DNA of 64,000 bases, from positions 251,284-315,283 of the forward strand of contig JBAZKE010000001.1 of NCBI GenBank assembly GCA_041650915.1. Reading direction: 5' to 3'. The translations under genes and the position numbers were made by a program. The notes under the pieces were generated by a model. That model did no database searches, was not told where the DNA came from, and saw only the letters and a program-made list of their open reading frames with translations. Each line of letters starts with the position of its first letter. The stretch's first letter is position 1. The DNA comes from Patescibacteria group bacterium. Its GTDB lineage: Bacteria; Patescibacteriota; Patescibacteriia; UBA10025; JAHIVO01. Shown here piece by piece: positions 27,001 through 36,990 of the stretch.

Positions 27001-30000
27001 GGTGATGCAAGAAGCGGACGGCCCGTATTTCCTGCGCATCGCGGTCAAGGACGATTCGGGAAATGTTTCAACTCCGGAAACCGCGTTTACCTACAATTAT
27101 ACCGGGGTTAATACCGCGACAGAAGCGGTGTGGGACGATCAGGCGGATTTCGAGGACGGGGAGACTGAAACGAATATCAAAACCGATGCGAACGGGGGAA
27201 CGAATATGACGCTTGATCCGATCAGCCCCGGCACGTGGATGGACTTGCCTGCGTCATTCGGCACTGCCGGCTATAACCATACCTCGTACAACGACACGTC
27301 GATCGCCTGGGACGGCGATGATACGATATATGCATTACGTTCGGTCAATTCGCAATATTTCCATAAATACACCATTTCAACAAAGACATGGGAGCAACTT
27401 GCAAATACCGGCGTGGCGGCGTACACTGGCTCGGCAATCGTGTACGTGCCTGACGGAACCACGGCTAACTGCACTGATGACGGCGGATGCGTCTTTGCCA
27501 CTATGGGCAACGGCACCGGATTCCGCAGATACGATGTCAATGCCAATGCGTGGACGGCGCTCGCTTCCGTGACGCTCTCAGTCGGCAATGGCGGCGGATT
27601 GATCTGGACGGGCGGCGACTACATCTACGCTTCCCGCGGCCAGGGCACCGTCACTATGTACCGCTACGATATTGACAGCAATGAATGGGACGATAACGCG
27701 GCGCCAGACCCTGATTACGCGTTTAATTATGGCGCGGCGTACAGTTATGTGCCAAACGGAAATTACTGCCTTGATTTGCAGGGCTGTATTTTTGCCACGC
27801 GTGGCGGCACTTCAACCCACGTGTACCGTTTTGACATACAGGGAGGTTCTTGGTCATTTCTGACCGCACTGCCGTCAGCATCGCCGCCCAAGGTGAATTA
27901 CGGCGCGACCATGCAGTATCACGATGGGTTCTTGTACTATATTGCCGGGTACTATTCGACTGATTTCCTGAAATACGACATTGCCAGCGATTTTTGGTCT
28001 GCGATGCCTGACCTGCCCACCACCCATTACTACGGATCCACGAATAATCTGGTGTACGATACTAGTTCGGACATCATGTATACGCTGCGCGGTTCGGCTG
28101 AATACAGTTTCCTGAGTTTTGACGTGGCGGAAGACGAGTGGCGCAACCCGGCAATCCCGCACGGCAGTACGACCAATGGTTTTTATTATGGCGGCGTGGC
28201 TTACGACGGGGATGACACGTTATATATTGCGCGCGGAAATGCCGGCAACATGGCTGATTTTTATAAATACACCATATCCACGAAAACCTGGCAGAATCTG
28301 CTGGACGTGCCGATGCGCATGAATACCGGATCCGATTTGATTTACGTTGACGGCAAGGTGTATGCGCTAACTGGCGCGCCGCCGTACGGCGAGGTATATA
28401 GCCGGATGTACGAATACGATCTTGAGACAGGTTTTTGGACTAGGAAAGGCGATCTGCCTGCTGCAGTCGGTGATGGCGCAAAACTGGTTTGGGACGGCAA
28501 TAATACTATTTATACTGCGCGCGGCGGCGCAACGGCAAGCTATACGGTGTATTCATATAAAATATCAGGAGCAGCGGGTGCAGGACAGTGGACGACCCAG
28601 GCAGAAAATGTGTTTGGCAATGCCACCGTATACCAGGGCGCATGTTCGGTATGGGATGGCGGCACCAAGCTCTATTTGATCCAAGGGCAGAATTTATCGA
28701 ATATCCTGTTTTGCAATCTTTCCACGGATGGCGACGGCAATGGCACGTGCGATTGGCAAGCGGATACGCTCACCAACCCCTCCGTCGGGATTCAGTACGG
28801 CAACGCCTGCGCTTTTTATGACGGTACTCCTGATGATTTAATTTTTATACCACGCGGGAATACAAATACCACAGATTTTCTTGTGTATAATGTAACGGAT
28901 GATACATGGGAGACTCGCACGCTGAATAACTTTTATTATGGCGGCCGTCTCGTGACCGGACCGGACGGAATTTTATACGGCTTCCGCGGGTATAACACCT
29001 CAACCATGGACCGGTACGTGCAGCAGACTGCAACGACCAGTTTTCAGCGTACCGGCACCTGGACATCACCAATCGTAACTGCGACGGATATATTTGATTT
29101 TGGAGGGTTCGAGGTAAACGATTCCGAAGAAGAAAACACCTCATTAACGTATGAAACGCGGACGTGTTCTGACGCCGGCTGTGCCGCTGACCAGGGAGAC
29201 GCGCACTGGTCGGACTGGGACGAGGTGTCCAACGCGCGAACGATAGAAACTACGGATTACTATACGGTAGATTCCACGCCGGCAACGTACATCCAGGTCC
29301 GCGCCACCTTCAATTCAGACCGCGTGTACACCCCAACAGTAAACGACTTTACCTTGAGCTACTATATTGACGGCACTGACCCGGACAATCCGGCCGCGCC
29401 GGTTGACGGGTACACATCGAGCGCAAAAACAACGACGATTGATAATAACGACTGGACAAACGATGCGACCCCATACTTTGGATGGACTGCGTCTGATGAT
29501 GCGGGCGGCATTGGCATTGAAGGATTCTATGTGTATTTCGGCACGGACGAGACCAAAGATCCGGTGGATGACGCGGCTGACCCGACCAACCTCGCCTATG
29601 ACAACAGCACGAACTACTATGAGGTTAATGATGATGGCACGACTGGTTCATGGAACGCGGCAACGCAGAGCAGCGATGCGATTACTGACGGCGATTACTA
29701 TTTGCGCATCAGGACCAAGGACTTAAACGGCAATGTAACTGATAGCGCAGTGGCCGCATTTACATTCCTTATTGACGAGAGCGTGCCGAATAATATCACC
29801 GACCTGCAAGTTGGGGATTATATGTCTGCGGAAGATGATTTTGATTTTACTTGGACTGCGGTGAATGATGAAGGCTCGTCAGGCATTGAACAGTACTGCT
29901 ACCATACTGGTTCATCGGCCGATACGTGTGTTGACGAGGGCACGATCTGCAGTGGTGGCACCTGCCTGGTTGAAAACGTCCCGCACTACCAGACGCGCGT

Positions 30001-32974
30001 CAATACGTTTTATGTGCGTGCGGTCGATGAAGCCCTGAATCCGGCCGCGTCATATGCTTCAACGGGGTATTTTTATACCGGCGGCCCGCCGGAACCGCCC
30101 GGAAGCGTGACGGTTGATCCGCTTGCGAGCGTGAATAACAACACGTTCACGATTTCTTGGGATTTGCCAACGACCTGCCTTGGTTCGACGCCATGTTCCG
30201 CGAGCGATATTTACCGCTATTGCTATACTATTAATGAAGAGCCGAGCTCGGAAACATGCGGTGCCAATTATAGCGGCGATGCAACTCCTTCGCCGGATGG
30301 CGGATGGACGACTGAAACTCAGACCTCAAGCCGCCTCCTGCCTGACTTTTCCGCCGCTACCCTGCAGGGCGAAAATATCGTTTATGTAGTGGCAATGGAT
30401 ATTGTGAGCAATATTGATTATTCCAATTATACGACTGCAACGTACGACTTCACTTCCACCGCGCCTGGCATGCCCGCGAGCATGGAGGCGACTGATACGT
30501 CTGACCGCACGACCAATAAGTATTCAGTCGTGCTGACGTGGGATGAGCCGGAAGATGTGGGTAGCGGCGTTGAGTCGTACAAGGTGTACCGCTGCGAAAG
30601 CGATTGCGAGAATCCGTCCACGGTGGATGACCCGCCCTCGAATTATACGAATATCGCCGAGGTGAATACGCTTGGTTATTTGGATACCAGTTTGGACAAT
30701 ACCATTACGTATTCTTACTTCGCGCGGTCGACCGGCACGGGCGGCACGATTTCCGGCAATTCCGCCGTGGCTGAAATAAAACCTGAAGGAAAATTCAAGT
30801 ACGCGCCAACTATCAGCGGCGCACCGGCAGTAACCGCGTACATCCGTTCCGCTTTGGTCGAGTGGCTCACCTTGAATGACCAGGACCAGTACGGCAACGT
30901 TATCGAACACTACGCCTCGTCATACGTGCAGTACGGAACAACGACCGCTTATGGCGAGGAAGACGGTACATCTGACCTGACGGACGAGCATTCGGTCACT
31001 CTGACAAACCTGACGCCGGATACCACGTACCACTATCGGTGCAAGTGGGTTGACCAGGACGGCAATGAAGGCTATTCATCTGATTATACGTTCACGACCA
31101 AGGGAGCGCCGTCAGCGCCGATTAACCTCGCGGTCGATCCGGAATCGAACACTGTGAATAGCTTTGGTTTTTCCTGGGACGCGCCGACTGATGAAGGCGT
31201 GACGGTCGCCGGGTATTACTATTCCATCAATAATATCCCAAACGAAACGAATACTACAAATATCGAGGAAACGAGTATCGAGGCATTCGATGCAGCGACC
31301 CAGCAGGGAACGAACACATTCTACGTTGTCGCGATCGATGACGGCGGCAATATCAACTACGCAAACTACGCATCAGTTGATTTCGAGGCGTATACAGAGC
31401 CGCCCAGCGAGCCCCAAGCCGTTACCATCACTGATTCGTCTGACCGCGATGCAAAGCGGTATTCGATAACTCTGACTTGGGACCCGCCCGAGGGATACAC
31501 AGCGGACGATGAAATATACTATACGATATATCGTCGGGAGGCAGAGGCAGACACTGAAGCTGCTGGCGCCGGCATTGCAAAAGCCGCGGCGGATGACCTG
31601 GAAGAGATTGCGACGATCACCTCGACCGGGTATCTTGATACCGGCCTGGACAGCTCAACGGAATATTTCTACCAGGTGACGGCTCGTGACAAGGCGCAGG
31701 CAACCTCGGATCCGACTGACATTGTTTCCGAAGTGCCGGAAGGGCGCTTTACCCAGCCGCCTGCGATCACCGAGAATCCCGTTGCAGTTTCCGATTCGTT
31801 TGCGGCCACGATTACCTGGCGGACGGAACGTGTCGCATCCTCGTTTGTCGATTTCGGCCTCACCAAGACGGACTGGACCGAGGAGCAGGGGACGGCTGAC
31901 ATGGTTGAGGAGCATTCGGTGCGGATTACCGGCCTGAAACCGGAAACGACCTACTTTTACCAGGTAAAGAGCATTGACGTTGATGAAAACGAGGCATACT
32001 CAAACGTATACTCGTTTGTCACGCTTGAAGCGCCGCGGGTGCTTGAGCTCGACGTGACTGATATCAAGCTGTTTGACGCTATCGTCACATGGGATACCAA
32101 TAAAGAAACGACTGCGGTGATCGAATACGGTACGACCACTGACTACGGGATGACGTATACCGATGTCACTCTTTCGTATGCGCTGACGCACACAGTCAAG
32201 CTTGATCATCTGGATGACAGCCAGACGTACCACCTGCGGATCAACGGCCAGGACCGTTCCGGCAATCCGATACAGTCGGATGACTATTCGTTTACCACTT
32301 TGACATTCCCCGAAGTATCCGATATATCATACGTAAACAAATCGGAGGGCCAGACGGAAATTTTCTGGAAAACGAACGTACCGACCACTTCCGAGGTGGA
32401 GTACTATAGCGACCAGATTGCCCCCAAGACCCAAGGCAATACGGCGCTTGTTACGGAACACGTGATTCTGTTGTACGGGCTGGAAGACGCGACTACGTAC
32501 CAGTTCAAAGTGCGCGGCTCGGATGAGTTCGGCTATGAGGCCGTGTCCGATGAGCGCGAGTTCACGACGCTCGAGGACACCACGCCTCCGGAAATATACG
32601 GCGTGCAGTCCGAGTCAAATACGATCGGTTCAGGCGACGCGTCAAAAATCCAGATTGTCATTTCGTGGAAGACGAATGAGCCGACCACGTCGCAAGCTGA
32701 TTTCGGCGTTGGTTTGGGCGGTTCTGACTATTCGGACCAGACTGAAGAAAACGCTGAGCTGGTAATGGACCATCTGGTGGTTATTTCCGACCTTGCGCCC
32801 GCAAAGACGTACCATTTCCGGGTCGTATCAACTGACAAGGCGGGGAACCAGACGAAATCAGGATCGCATACGGTGTTGACTTCACGGAAGCGCGAGTCAT
32901 TCCTGCAGCTTATCATTTCCAATCTGGAAACGACATTTTCGTGGCTCGGCAATGTCGGTTCCCTGGCAAAGTAG
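24056..32974 (+). CDS. Giant (~2970 aa) surface protein: two Kelch-repeat regions plus many FN3/purple-acid-phosphatase-N-like domains (start uncertain)
   Basis: TM near aa 85-105; GG..Y.....IY..RG....FYRY.I..N.W Kelch blades; H.V.L.NL.P.T.YHY FN3 repeats. Confidence 0.9.
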   Translation: MQADQMPARQKKKKITGNIPVRQNRKKTIATQKKRSACRVSAVSSRSGAAKQNQKNRTRTAVGFYGRFFAFLNLVTGFIRAYRPLIIVALVVTATAGLFYFYYQSTLAAAAQYVIDTQAEWEAGEYYPNTVDTKTTADEISIKPGGGGTWDGDTTGFLTDTAGYEYWSYDGPSYGADLTTDGTYIYQILGNRRPYLFRYNPETNTWKQLANAPTSFYYGGSITYDAHTKSIFAINGGEQNETEQATKHMFQYDIASDTWSKSTDAPDTFGLGSSITSNGAGKLFAVRGRNTDELWEYDIDDETWDQNYSQLPTPYYVYQTNGQPLEFVNEQYSDGEGDHCTQGCLFTLYGGGNRNFFRFDIAEKIWYHTTPVDLTIPAALGGVNYGSSFAYDSDRGNLFLLHGNTQYPATTTMGDNFSTYDVSAQDWDDAPEDTPDAPGWVTYGGAMVYLDDYVYAMQGYNGSRPGLWRYDAANGYWDSISTPDVANGSNPALGQGTQGSGGENGHLVYVPSGTYCADAGGCLYSFRGGNSTNYWRYNVDAKTWTTDLSVENFGALQQGSSFCYNGANRIYALHGESTLTFYQYEITGEGDDDEDTWQVLTSMPADHSDADDYPDASANASYGSSLACMGTTVYALKGGTSASGANHFFSYNGAAWTDLEPLPQRAYLGAKLVTVPYDAGHTEWCADASGCVFAFAGNMRGDWYRYNIGANTWTALTGDNLPTATYYTASLAYDGQGNIYATDGNYDTNMWKYEINGDDGTWYQIADLQARVGYNNALAYDSDNNVMYFQQGLGTTTISRFTPTPDDYIASATWISEPLDLGYVNSFSTLGYLVTEPDDSAVTFQTRTSTDKVSWSDWENLGLLDAIESDAGQYIQVKAVLAASTDGGDTPTITSITVNYDKDGTAPDNPDVDGYADSTEATEITSGAGNLYHYTNPYFEWDAATDDSGIAGYYVRWTDDELDDPDESEDYFQTGTSYEVNTVMQEADGPYFLRIAVKDDSGNVSTPETAFTYNYTGVNTATEAVWDDQADFEDGETETNIKTDANGGTNMTLDPISPGTWMDLPASFGTAGYNHTSYNDTSIAWDGDDTIYALRSVNSQYFHKYTISTKTWEQLANTGVAAYTGSAIVYVPDGTTANCTDDGGCVFATMGNGTGFRRYDVNANAWTALASVTLSVGNGGGLIWTGGDYIYASRGQGTVTMYRYDIDSNEWDDNAAPDPDYAFNYGAAYSYVPNGNYCLDLQGCIFATRGGTSTHVYRFDIQGGSWSFLTALPSASPPKVNYGATMQYHDGFLYYIAGYYSTDFLKYDIASDFWSAMPDLPTTHYYGSTNNLVYDTSSDIMYTLRGSAEYSFLSFDVAEDEWRNPAIPHGSTTNGFYYGGVAYDGDDTLYIARGNAGNMADFYKYTISTKTWQNLLDVPMRMNTGSDLIYVDGKVYALTGAPPYGEVYSRMYEYDLETGFWTRKGDLPAAVGDGAKLVWDGNNTIYTARGGATASYTVYSYKISGAAGAGQWTTQAENVFGNATVYQGACSVWDGGTKLYLIQGQNLSNILFCNLSTDGDGNGTCDWQADTLTNPSVGIQYGNACAFYDGTPDDLIFIPRGNTNTTDFLVYNVTDDTWETRTLNNFYYGGRLVTGPDGILYGFRGYNTSTMDRYVQQTATTSFQRTGTWTSPIVTATDIFDFGGFEVNDSEEENTSLTYETRTCSDAGCAADQGDAHWSDWDEVSNARTIETTDYYTVDSTPATYIQVRATFNSDRVYTPTVNDFTLSYYIDGTDPDNPAAPVDGYTSSAKTTTIDNNDWTNDATPYFGWTASDDAGGIGIEGFYVYFGTDETKDPVDDAADPTNLAYDNSTNYYEVNDDGTTGSWNAATQSSDAITDGDYYLRIRTKDLNGNVTDSAVAAFTFLIDESVPNNITDLQVGDYMSAEDDFDFTWTAVNDEGSSGIEQYCYHTGSSADTCVDEGTICSGGTCLVENVPHYQTRVNTFYVRAVDEALNPAASYASTGYFYTGGPPEPPGSVTVDPLASVNNNTFTISWDLPTTCLGSTPCSASDIYRYCYTINEEPSSETCGANYSGDATPSPDGGWTTETQTSSRLLPDFSAATLQGENIVYVVAMDIVSNIDYSNYTTATYDFTSTAPGMPASMEATDTSDRTTNKYSVVLTWDEPEDVGSGVESYKVYRCESDCENPSTVDDPPSNYTNIAEVNTLGYLDTSLDNTITYSYFARSTGTGGTISGNSAVAEIKPEGKFKYAPTISGAPAVTAYIRSALVEWLTLNDQDQYGNVIEHYASSYVQYGTTTAYGEEDGTSDLTDEHSVTLTNLTPDTTYHYRCKWVDQDGNEGYSSDYTFTTKGAPSAPINLAVDPESNTVNSFGFSWDAPTDEGVTVAGYYYSINNIPNETNTTNIEETSIEAFDAATQQGTNTFYVVAIDDGGNINYANYASVDFEAYTEPPSEPQAVTITDSSDRDAKRYSITLTWDPPEGYTADDEIYYTIYRREAEADTEAAGAGIAKAAADDLEEIATITSTGYLDTGLDSSTEYFYQVTARDKAQATSDPTDIVSEVPEGRFTQPPAITENPVAVSDSFAATITWRTERVASSFVDFGLTKTDWTEEQGTADMVEEHSVRITGLKPETTYFYQVKSIDVDENEAYSNVYSFVTLEAPRVLELDVTDIKLFDAIVTWDTNKETTAVIEYGTTTDYGMTYTDVTLSYALTHTVKLDHLDDSQTYHLRINGQDRSGNPIQSDDYSFTTLTFPEVSDISYVNKSEGQTEIFWKTNVPTTSEVEYYSDQIAPKTQGNTALVTEHVILLYGLEDATTYQFKVRGSDEFGYEAVSDEREFTTLEDTTPPEIYGVQSESNTIGSGDASKIQIVISWKTNEPTTSQADFGVGLGGSDYSDQTEENAELVMDHLVVISDLAPAKTYHFRVVSTDKAGNQTKSGSHTVLTSRKRESFLQLIISNLETTFSWLGNVGSLAK

Positions 32975-33171
32975 CGAGGCATATTGTGCAGTAGTGATGA
33001 GCCCTTTCTACATTATTGCGGTATTTTGATGATGAGCGGTGTTTTGCTATAATAACATCCATCATGGCAAGAGCATTTCGGCCTAAGACCGCCCGTGATA
33101 TATCAGAAAAGACTAGCTAGTGCAGTTAACGTTTACAGCTTATTATCCACGAGTAGAGTATCGAAGACCAG

Positions 33172-34050
33172 ATGTTTGGCAGAAAAAAGAAAAAAACTGA
33201 AGCAGTATCCGCCGCCCGGAATTCAGGGGCAGGTATGGCGGCGCCAGCAAAAAATACAGATGGAATCCAGCAGCAGAAAGCTCCTGATGCAACTTCGTCA
33301 GGCATTGGAAAACCTGGGGAGATAAAAACGGCTGAGCTGCCCGAAGAACAAAAAAAGCCGGTTATCCTGCTGGAGCGTGTCAATAAAAGTTTTGACCTGG
33401 GAAAAACGGTCGTCCAAATTCTGAAAGACATCAACGTGCAGATATTTCCGCGCGAGTTTATCGTTATCCTCGGGCCGTCCGGAAGCGGCAAATCAACGCT
33501 CTTAAACACGCTTCTTGGGCTCGAACCCCCGTCAAGCGGACGTGTTGTCATGAATAATATCGATATTACTCGGAAGAAGCAGGACAAAATAGCAAAAATC
33601 AGGTACGGATTGTTTGGCATCGTATTCCAGCGGCCAGAGTGGGTACGGTCATTAAGCGTCGTGCAAAATGTCGCATTACCGCTCTCAATTAACGGGACAG
33701 AAAAAGATAAACGGATGCGTATCGCGTGGGAAAAGTTGAAGCTGATCGGCATGGATACTCATGGCAAGTACTTCCCGACGGAATTATCTGGCGGCCAGCA
33801 ACAGAAGGTGACTTTGGCGCGTGCATTGGTAAATGATCCGCAGGTTATCATTGCCGACGAGCCGACTGGCAATCTAGACAGCGCTTCAGCGGATCGCGTT
33901 ATGGATCTGTTTAAAAACTTGAATGAGAGGTTCCATAAAACCATTATCATGGTTACCCACAATATCGATTACGTGCGGTATGCGTCCCGGACCATTTATA
34001 TCCGTGACGGAAAAGTCATCGAGGGAAGCGAGCAGTTTTTATCGGGATAA
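33172..34050 (+). CDS. ABC transporter ATP-binding protein (LolD/MacB type)
   Basis: GPSGSGKST, LSGGQQQ, IIADEPTGNLD, MVTH. Confidence 0.95.
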   Translation: MFGRKKKKTEAVSAARNSGAGMAAPAKNTDGIQQQKAPDATSSGIGKPGEIKTAELPEEQKKPVILLERVNKSFDLGKTVVQILKDINVQIFPREFIVILGPSGSGKSTLLNTLLGLEPPSSGRVVMNNIDITRKKQDKIAKIRYGLFGIVFQRPEWVRSLSVVQNVALPLSINGTEKDKRMRIAWEKLKLIGMDTHGKYFPTELSGGQQQKVTLARALVNDPQVIIADEPTGNLDSASADRVMDLFKNLNERFHKTIIMVTHNIDYVRYASRTIYIRDGKVIEGSEQFLSG

Positions 34051-34065
34051 GAAACGACCGGCAAT

Positions 34066-35313
34066 ATGAAGATAGGGTTTACCGTCTTTTTATCAGCGAC
34101 GAATTTACGGCGCAGGAAGCTGAGGAGTTTTTTGACGATCGGCGGCATGGCAATCGGCATTGCCCTCGTAGTATTCCTCGTGTCGCTCGGTTTCGGGCTG
34201 CAGCGGATGATTGTCAGCCAGATCGCGAATGTCGAGGCGCTCACCATTCTTGACGTGTCAAAAGGCGAGTCAACGCTTCTTGCATTGGACAAGGATACGG
34301 TTGATTCGTTCAAAGATTTGGACAATGTGGATAACGTGAGCCCGTCACTCTCGCTCTCCGGCCAGATTACGCATGCCGAGTCAGTCACCGATGTGGCGAT
34401 TTATGGCATTGAGCCCCAGTTTCTATCCATGGAGGGGATCAAAGTAAATTATGGAGCAGAATTTTCAAATGCGACAGCCCAAGAAATTATCGTAACGTCA
34501 ACTGCCCTGAATCTGATCGGGCTTGGTGCGCCCGAAGAATCTGTGGGAGCTGAATTGCTCCTGAAGATGCTTGTTCCACAGAAGATTGAGGGCACTGAAG
34601 AAGAGGAATTGGTGGCAAAAGAAGTAGCGGTTACAATCAGCGGAGTAATCATAGAGGATGATGAGTTAACCCTCGCGTATGCGCCGTTGGAGTTTTTAAC
34701 TTCGCTTGGCTTTACGCCCAATTACAGCGCGGCAAAGGTCAAGGTGGATGATAAAGATGCTGATTATGACGTCGCAAAGGTAAAAGTAACGGACGAGTCA
34801 AAGCTGCCTGAGGTCCGCGCACAGATTGAGGCTATGGGGTACCAGGTTGATTCCGTCGCGGATACGGTCGGACAGATTGACCAGATTTTCGTCATTTTTG
34901 AAATCGTAGTTGCCGGGTTTGGCGCGATCGCATTGCTGGTTGCCGCTATCGGTTCGTTAAATACATTGACCGTATCTCTCTTGGAACGGACGCGTGAGAT
35001 CGGCCTCATGAAGACCCTTGGCGCGACCTCGGGAGACATCCTGCGCTTATTTTTAGTAGAGTCAGTTCTCATCGGCGTGACCGGAGGCATCGCCGGCATT
35101 TTATTGGGCATTGGGACTGGCAAGTTGGCCAATACCGGCATTAATTTCCTCGCTAGCAGGCTCGGCGGGGAGTCAGTTAATATTTTTAGTACGCCGGCAA
35201 TTTTTATCGCGATTATTTTAGCAATTATTTTAATTGTAAGCGTCATAACCGGCCTGTATCCTGCACGCCGTGCAGGCAGGATCAATGCCCTTGACGCATT
35301 GCGATACGAATAA
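34066..35313 (+). CDS. ABC transporter permease (MacB/FtsX family)
   Basis: LRSFLT.GG.AIGI, ERTREIGLMKTLGA, GLYPARRA....L.ALRYE. Confidence 0.95.
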   Translation: MKIGFTVFLSATNLRRRKLRSFLTIGGMAIGIALVVFLVSLGFGLQRMIVSQIANVEALTILDVSKGESTLLALDKDTVDSFKDLDNVDNVSPSLSLSGQITHAESVTDVAIYGIEPQFLSMEGIKVNYGAEFSNATAQEIIVTSTALNLIGLGAPEESVGAELLLKMLVPQKIEGTEEEELVAKEVAVTISGVIIEDDELTLAYAPLEFLTSLGFTPNYSAAKVKVDDKDADYDVAKVKVTDESKLPEVRAQIEAMGYQVDSVADTVGQIDQIFVIFEIVVAGFGAIALLVAAIGSLNTLTVSLLERTREIGLMKTLGATSGDILRLFLVESVLIGVTGGIAGILLGIGTGKLANTGINFLASRLGGESVNIFSTPAIFIAIILAIILIVSVITGLYPARRAGRINALDALRYE

Positions 35314-35322
35314 CTAACGCAT

Positions 35323-35997
35323 ATGCCGCCAAAAAGTTCACAGACATTATTTGCCCAGAAAAAACGGCGGGTCATCGGGGAGATGATCCGAAAGGCGGAA
35401 TTGAAGAACAAGAACGCCTGGGTTTCGATTCACCGCTCTTCAAAAGAAGACATGATTACGTATGAGAGCAAAGGTTTTGTCGTTTCGATCAATGGGAGCG
35501 GGACGCTTGCCATGGACCATGCCCAGTGCAAAGAAGCGGGGCTGTTGTCCGCATACGTCGTTGGTCACGGCGGCATCGTGATCAATGGCGGCAGGTCGTC
35601 CGGGATCATAGCGGCGTCGTCACATGCGGCGGGGCCGCATAAAATCGGGATCGTTTTTCCCGAGATCGAAAAGGAGGCGGATGATGCGGGATCCAAGGCG
35701 CTCGTCAATTCGCCGCAACCCAGGAATGAACTTTTAAGCACGTGCGCTCCGATCATCGTGATCTTCCGCGGCGGGCTCGGGACGCTGATGACGCTCCTGC
35801 GGTCCATCGTACATATCAAGAACAGGCCGTATCATCCTGACCAGCTGCCCCAGATGGTTTTTATCAGCAATTACTGGATCGGGCTTCTGACGACCCTAAT
35901 GAACATGGGTACGCTTCCCCGCGAGTTTATCGTCGCTTTGCATTTTTTTGATAGTGCACAGGATATTATCAACAAAATTCCTTCGCAGGAAGGATAA
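35323..35997 (+). CDS. LOG/SLOG-family-like protein with degenerate motif
   Basis: VSINGS, INGG..G, R.ELL, IFRGGLGTL resemble LOG PGGxGTxxE. Confidence 0.7.
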   Translation: MPPKSSQTLFAQKKRRVIGEMIRKAELKNKNAWVSIHRSSKEDMITYESKGFVVSINGSGTLAMDHAQCKEAGLLSAYVVGHGGIVINGGRSSGIIAASSHAAGPHKIGIVFPEIEKEADDAGSKALVNSPQPRNELLSTCAPIIVIFRGGLGTLMTLLRSIVHIKNRPYHPDQLPQMVFISNYWIGLLTTLMNMGTLPREFIVALHFFDSAQDIINKIPSQEG

Positions 35998-36009
35998 CAT
36001 GCCACTAGT

Positions 36010-36480
36010 ATGCCAATGAGCGAGAGCAAGAAAATAATCATAATAATCGTTTCTTCGGTTGTCGGTTTAGGCATTATCATCGCCGGGGTAGGATTTTTTA
36101 TCCTTTCAAACAGCGAGCCGAATGACAATGGGTCCAATGAGGTGATTCCGCCAGCGAACACGGCGTCAAGCAACACCAATAGCATCGAAAATGTGAATAA
36201 CGCGCCGGCCATCGCGACAAACAGCGAAATAAGCGTTGAGGGCACTGTATTTATAAAAGGGTATTCGACTCCGAGCGAATCGTATGGCGTACTGACGACT
36301 GACGGGAATGAGATCGGCCTTGGGAAATATGATTCCATGAAAGAGCAGTTTCGGCCGTATATCGGGGATAAGGTAGCGGTTACGTTCAGCAATGTATGCA
36401 GAAGCACCAATGCGGACTGCTGCAAGACAGTTTGCTTCTATTGTGGTACAGTAAAATCGTGGGAACCGCTTGATGAATAG
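36010..36480 (+). CDS. Hypothetical membrane-anchored protein, Cys-rich C-terminus
   Basis: N-terminal TM, N/S/T linker, C....CC...C..C. Confidence 0.7.
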   Translation: MPMSESKKIIIIIVSSVVGLGIIIAGVGFFILSNSEPNDNGSNEVIPPANTASSNTNSIENVNNAPAIATNSEISVEGTVFIKGYSTPSESYGVLTTDGNEIGLGKYDSMKEQFRPYIGDKVAVTFSNVCRSTNADCCKTVCFYCGTVKSWEPLDE

Positions 36481-36557
36481 GGGCAGGGAGGAAACTGCCT
36501 GCAGGATGCCCGGAGAAGCGGTGTTACTAAGCATTGAGAGGGGATACCAGCATACCG

Positions 36558-36941
36558 ATGCCCGAACAGAAAAAGATACTTATCGTCGAGGATGAACAGG
36601 CGATTCGCCAGGCACTGCGCAAATCGCTGAGTGCAACGGAGGGCATCGCCATCTATGAGGCAGAAAACGGTGAAAAAGCGCTTGAGATGATTGCCACAAG
36701 CGCGCCTGATTTGATTTTACTTGACGTCATCATGCCGAAGATGCACGGGATTGACATGTTGAAGACATTGCGCACCGGCCAGCAGCATCGGGACATACCG
36801 GTCATCCTGCTGACCAATTACGCGGATGACCCCAAAGTTATCGAAGCGGTCAAGAATGGCTTGTGCGAGCTGATGGATAAAACGAAGTGCAGACTCGATG
36901 ATGTTGTAGTCAGGATAAAACAAAAACTGGGGGTCGCATAA
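36558..36941 (+). CDS. Stand-alone response regulator receiver
   Basis: KILIVEDE, PDLILLDVIMPKMHG, ILLTN, conserved K. Confidence 0.92.
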   Translation: MPEQKKILIVEDEQAIRQALRKSLSATEGIAIYEAENGEKALEMIATSAPDLILLDVIMPKMHGIDMLKTLRTGQQHRDIPVILLTNYADDPKVIEAVKNGLCELMDKTKCRLDDVVVRIKQKLGVA

Positions 36942-36990
36942 CATCGACCTAAGTAAGAGTACTTACAATTGTTAATGATTCCATTATTGT

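Noticed and set aside
33064-33120. 18-codon uORF in frame with the ABC ATPase (possible readthrough)
   Set aside because: Three in-frame stops separate it from 33172; no support for recoding
34728-34795. Short internal duplication AKVKV.D in the permease
   Set aside because: Small in-frame duplication with no evident consequence
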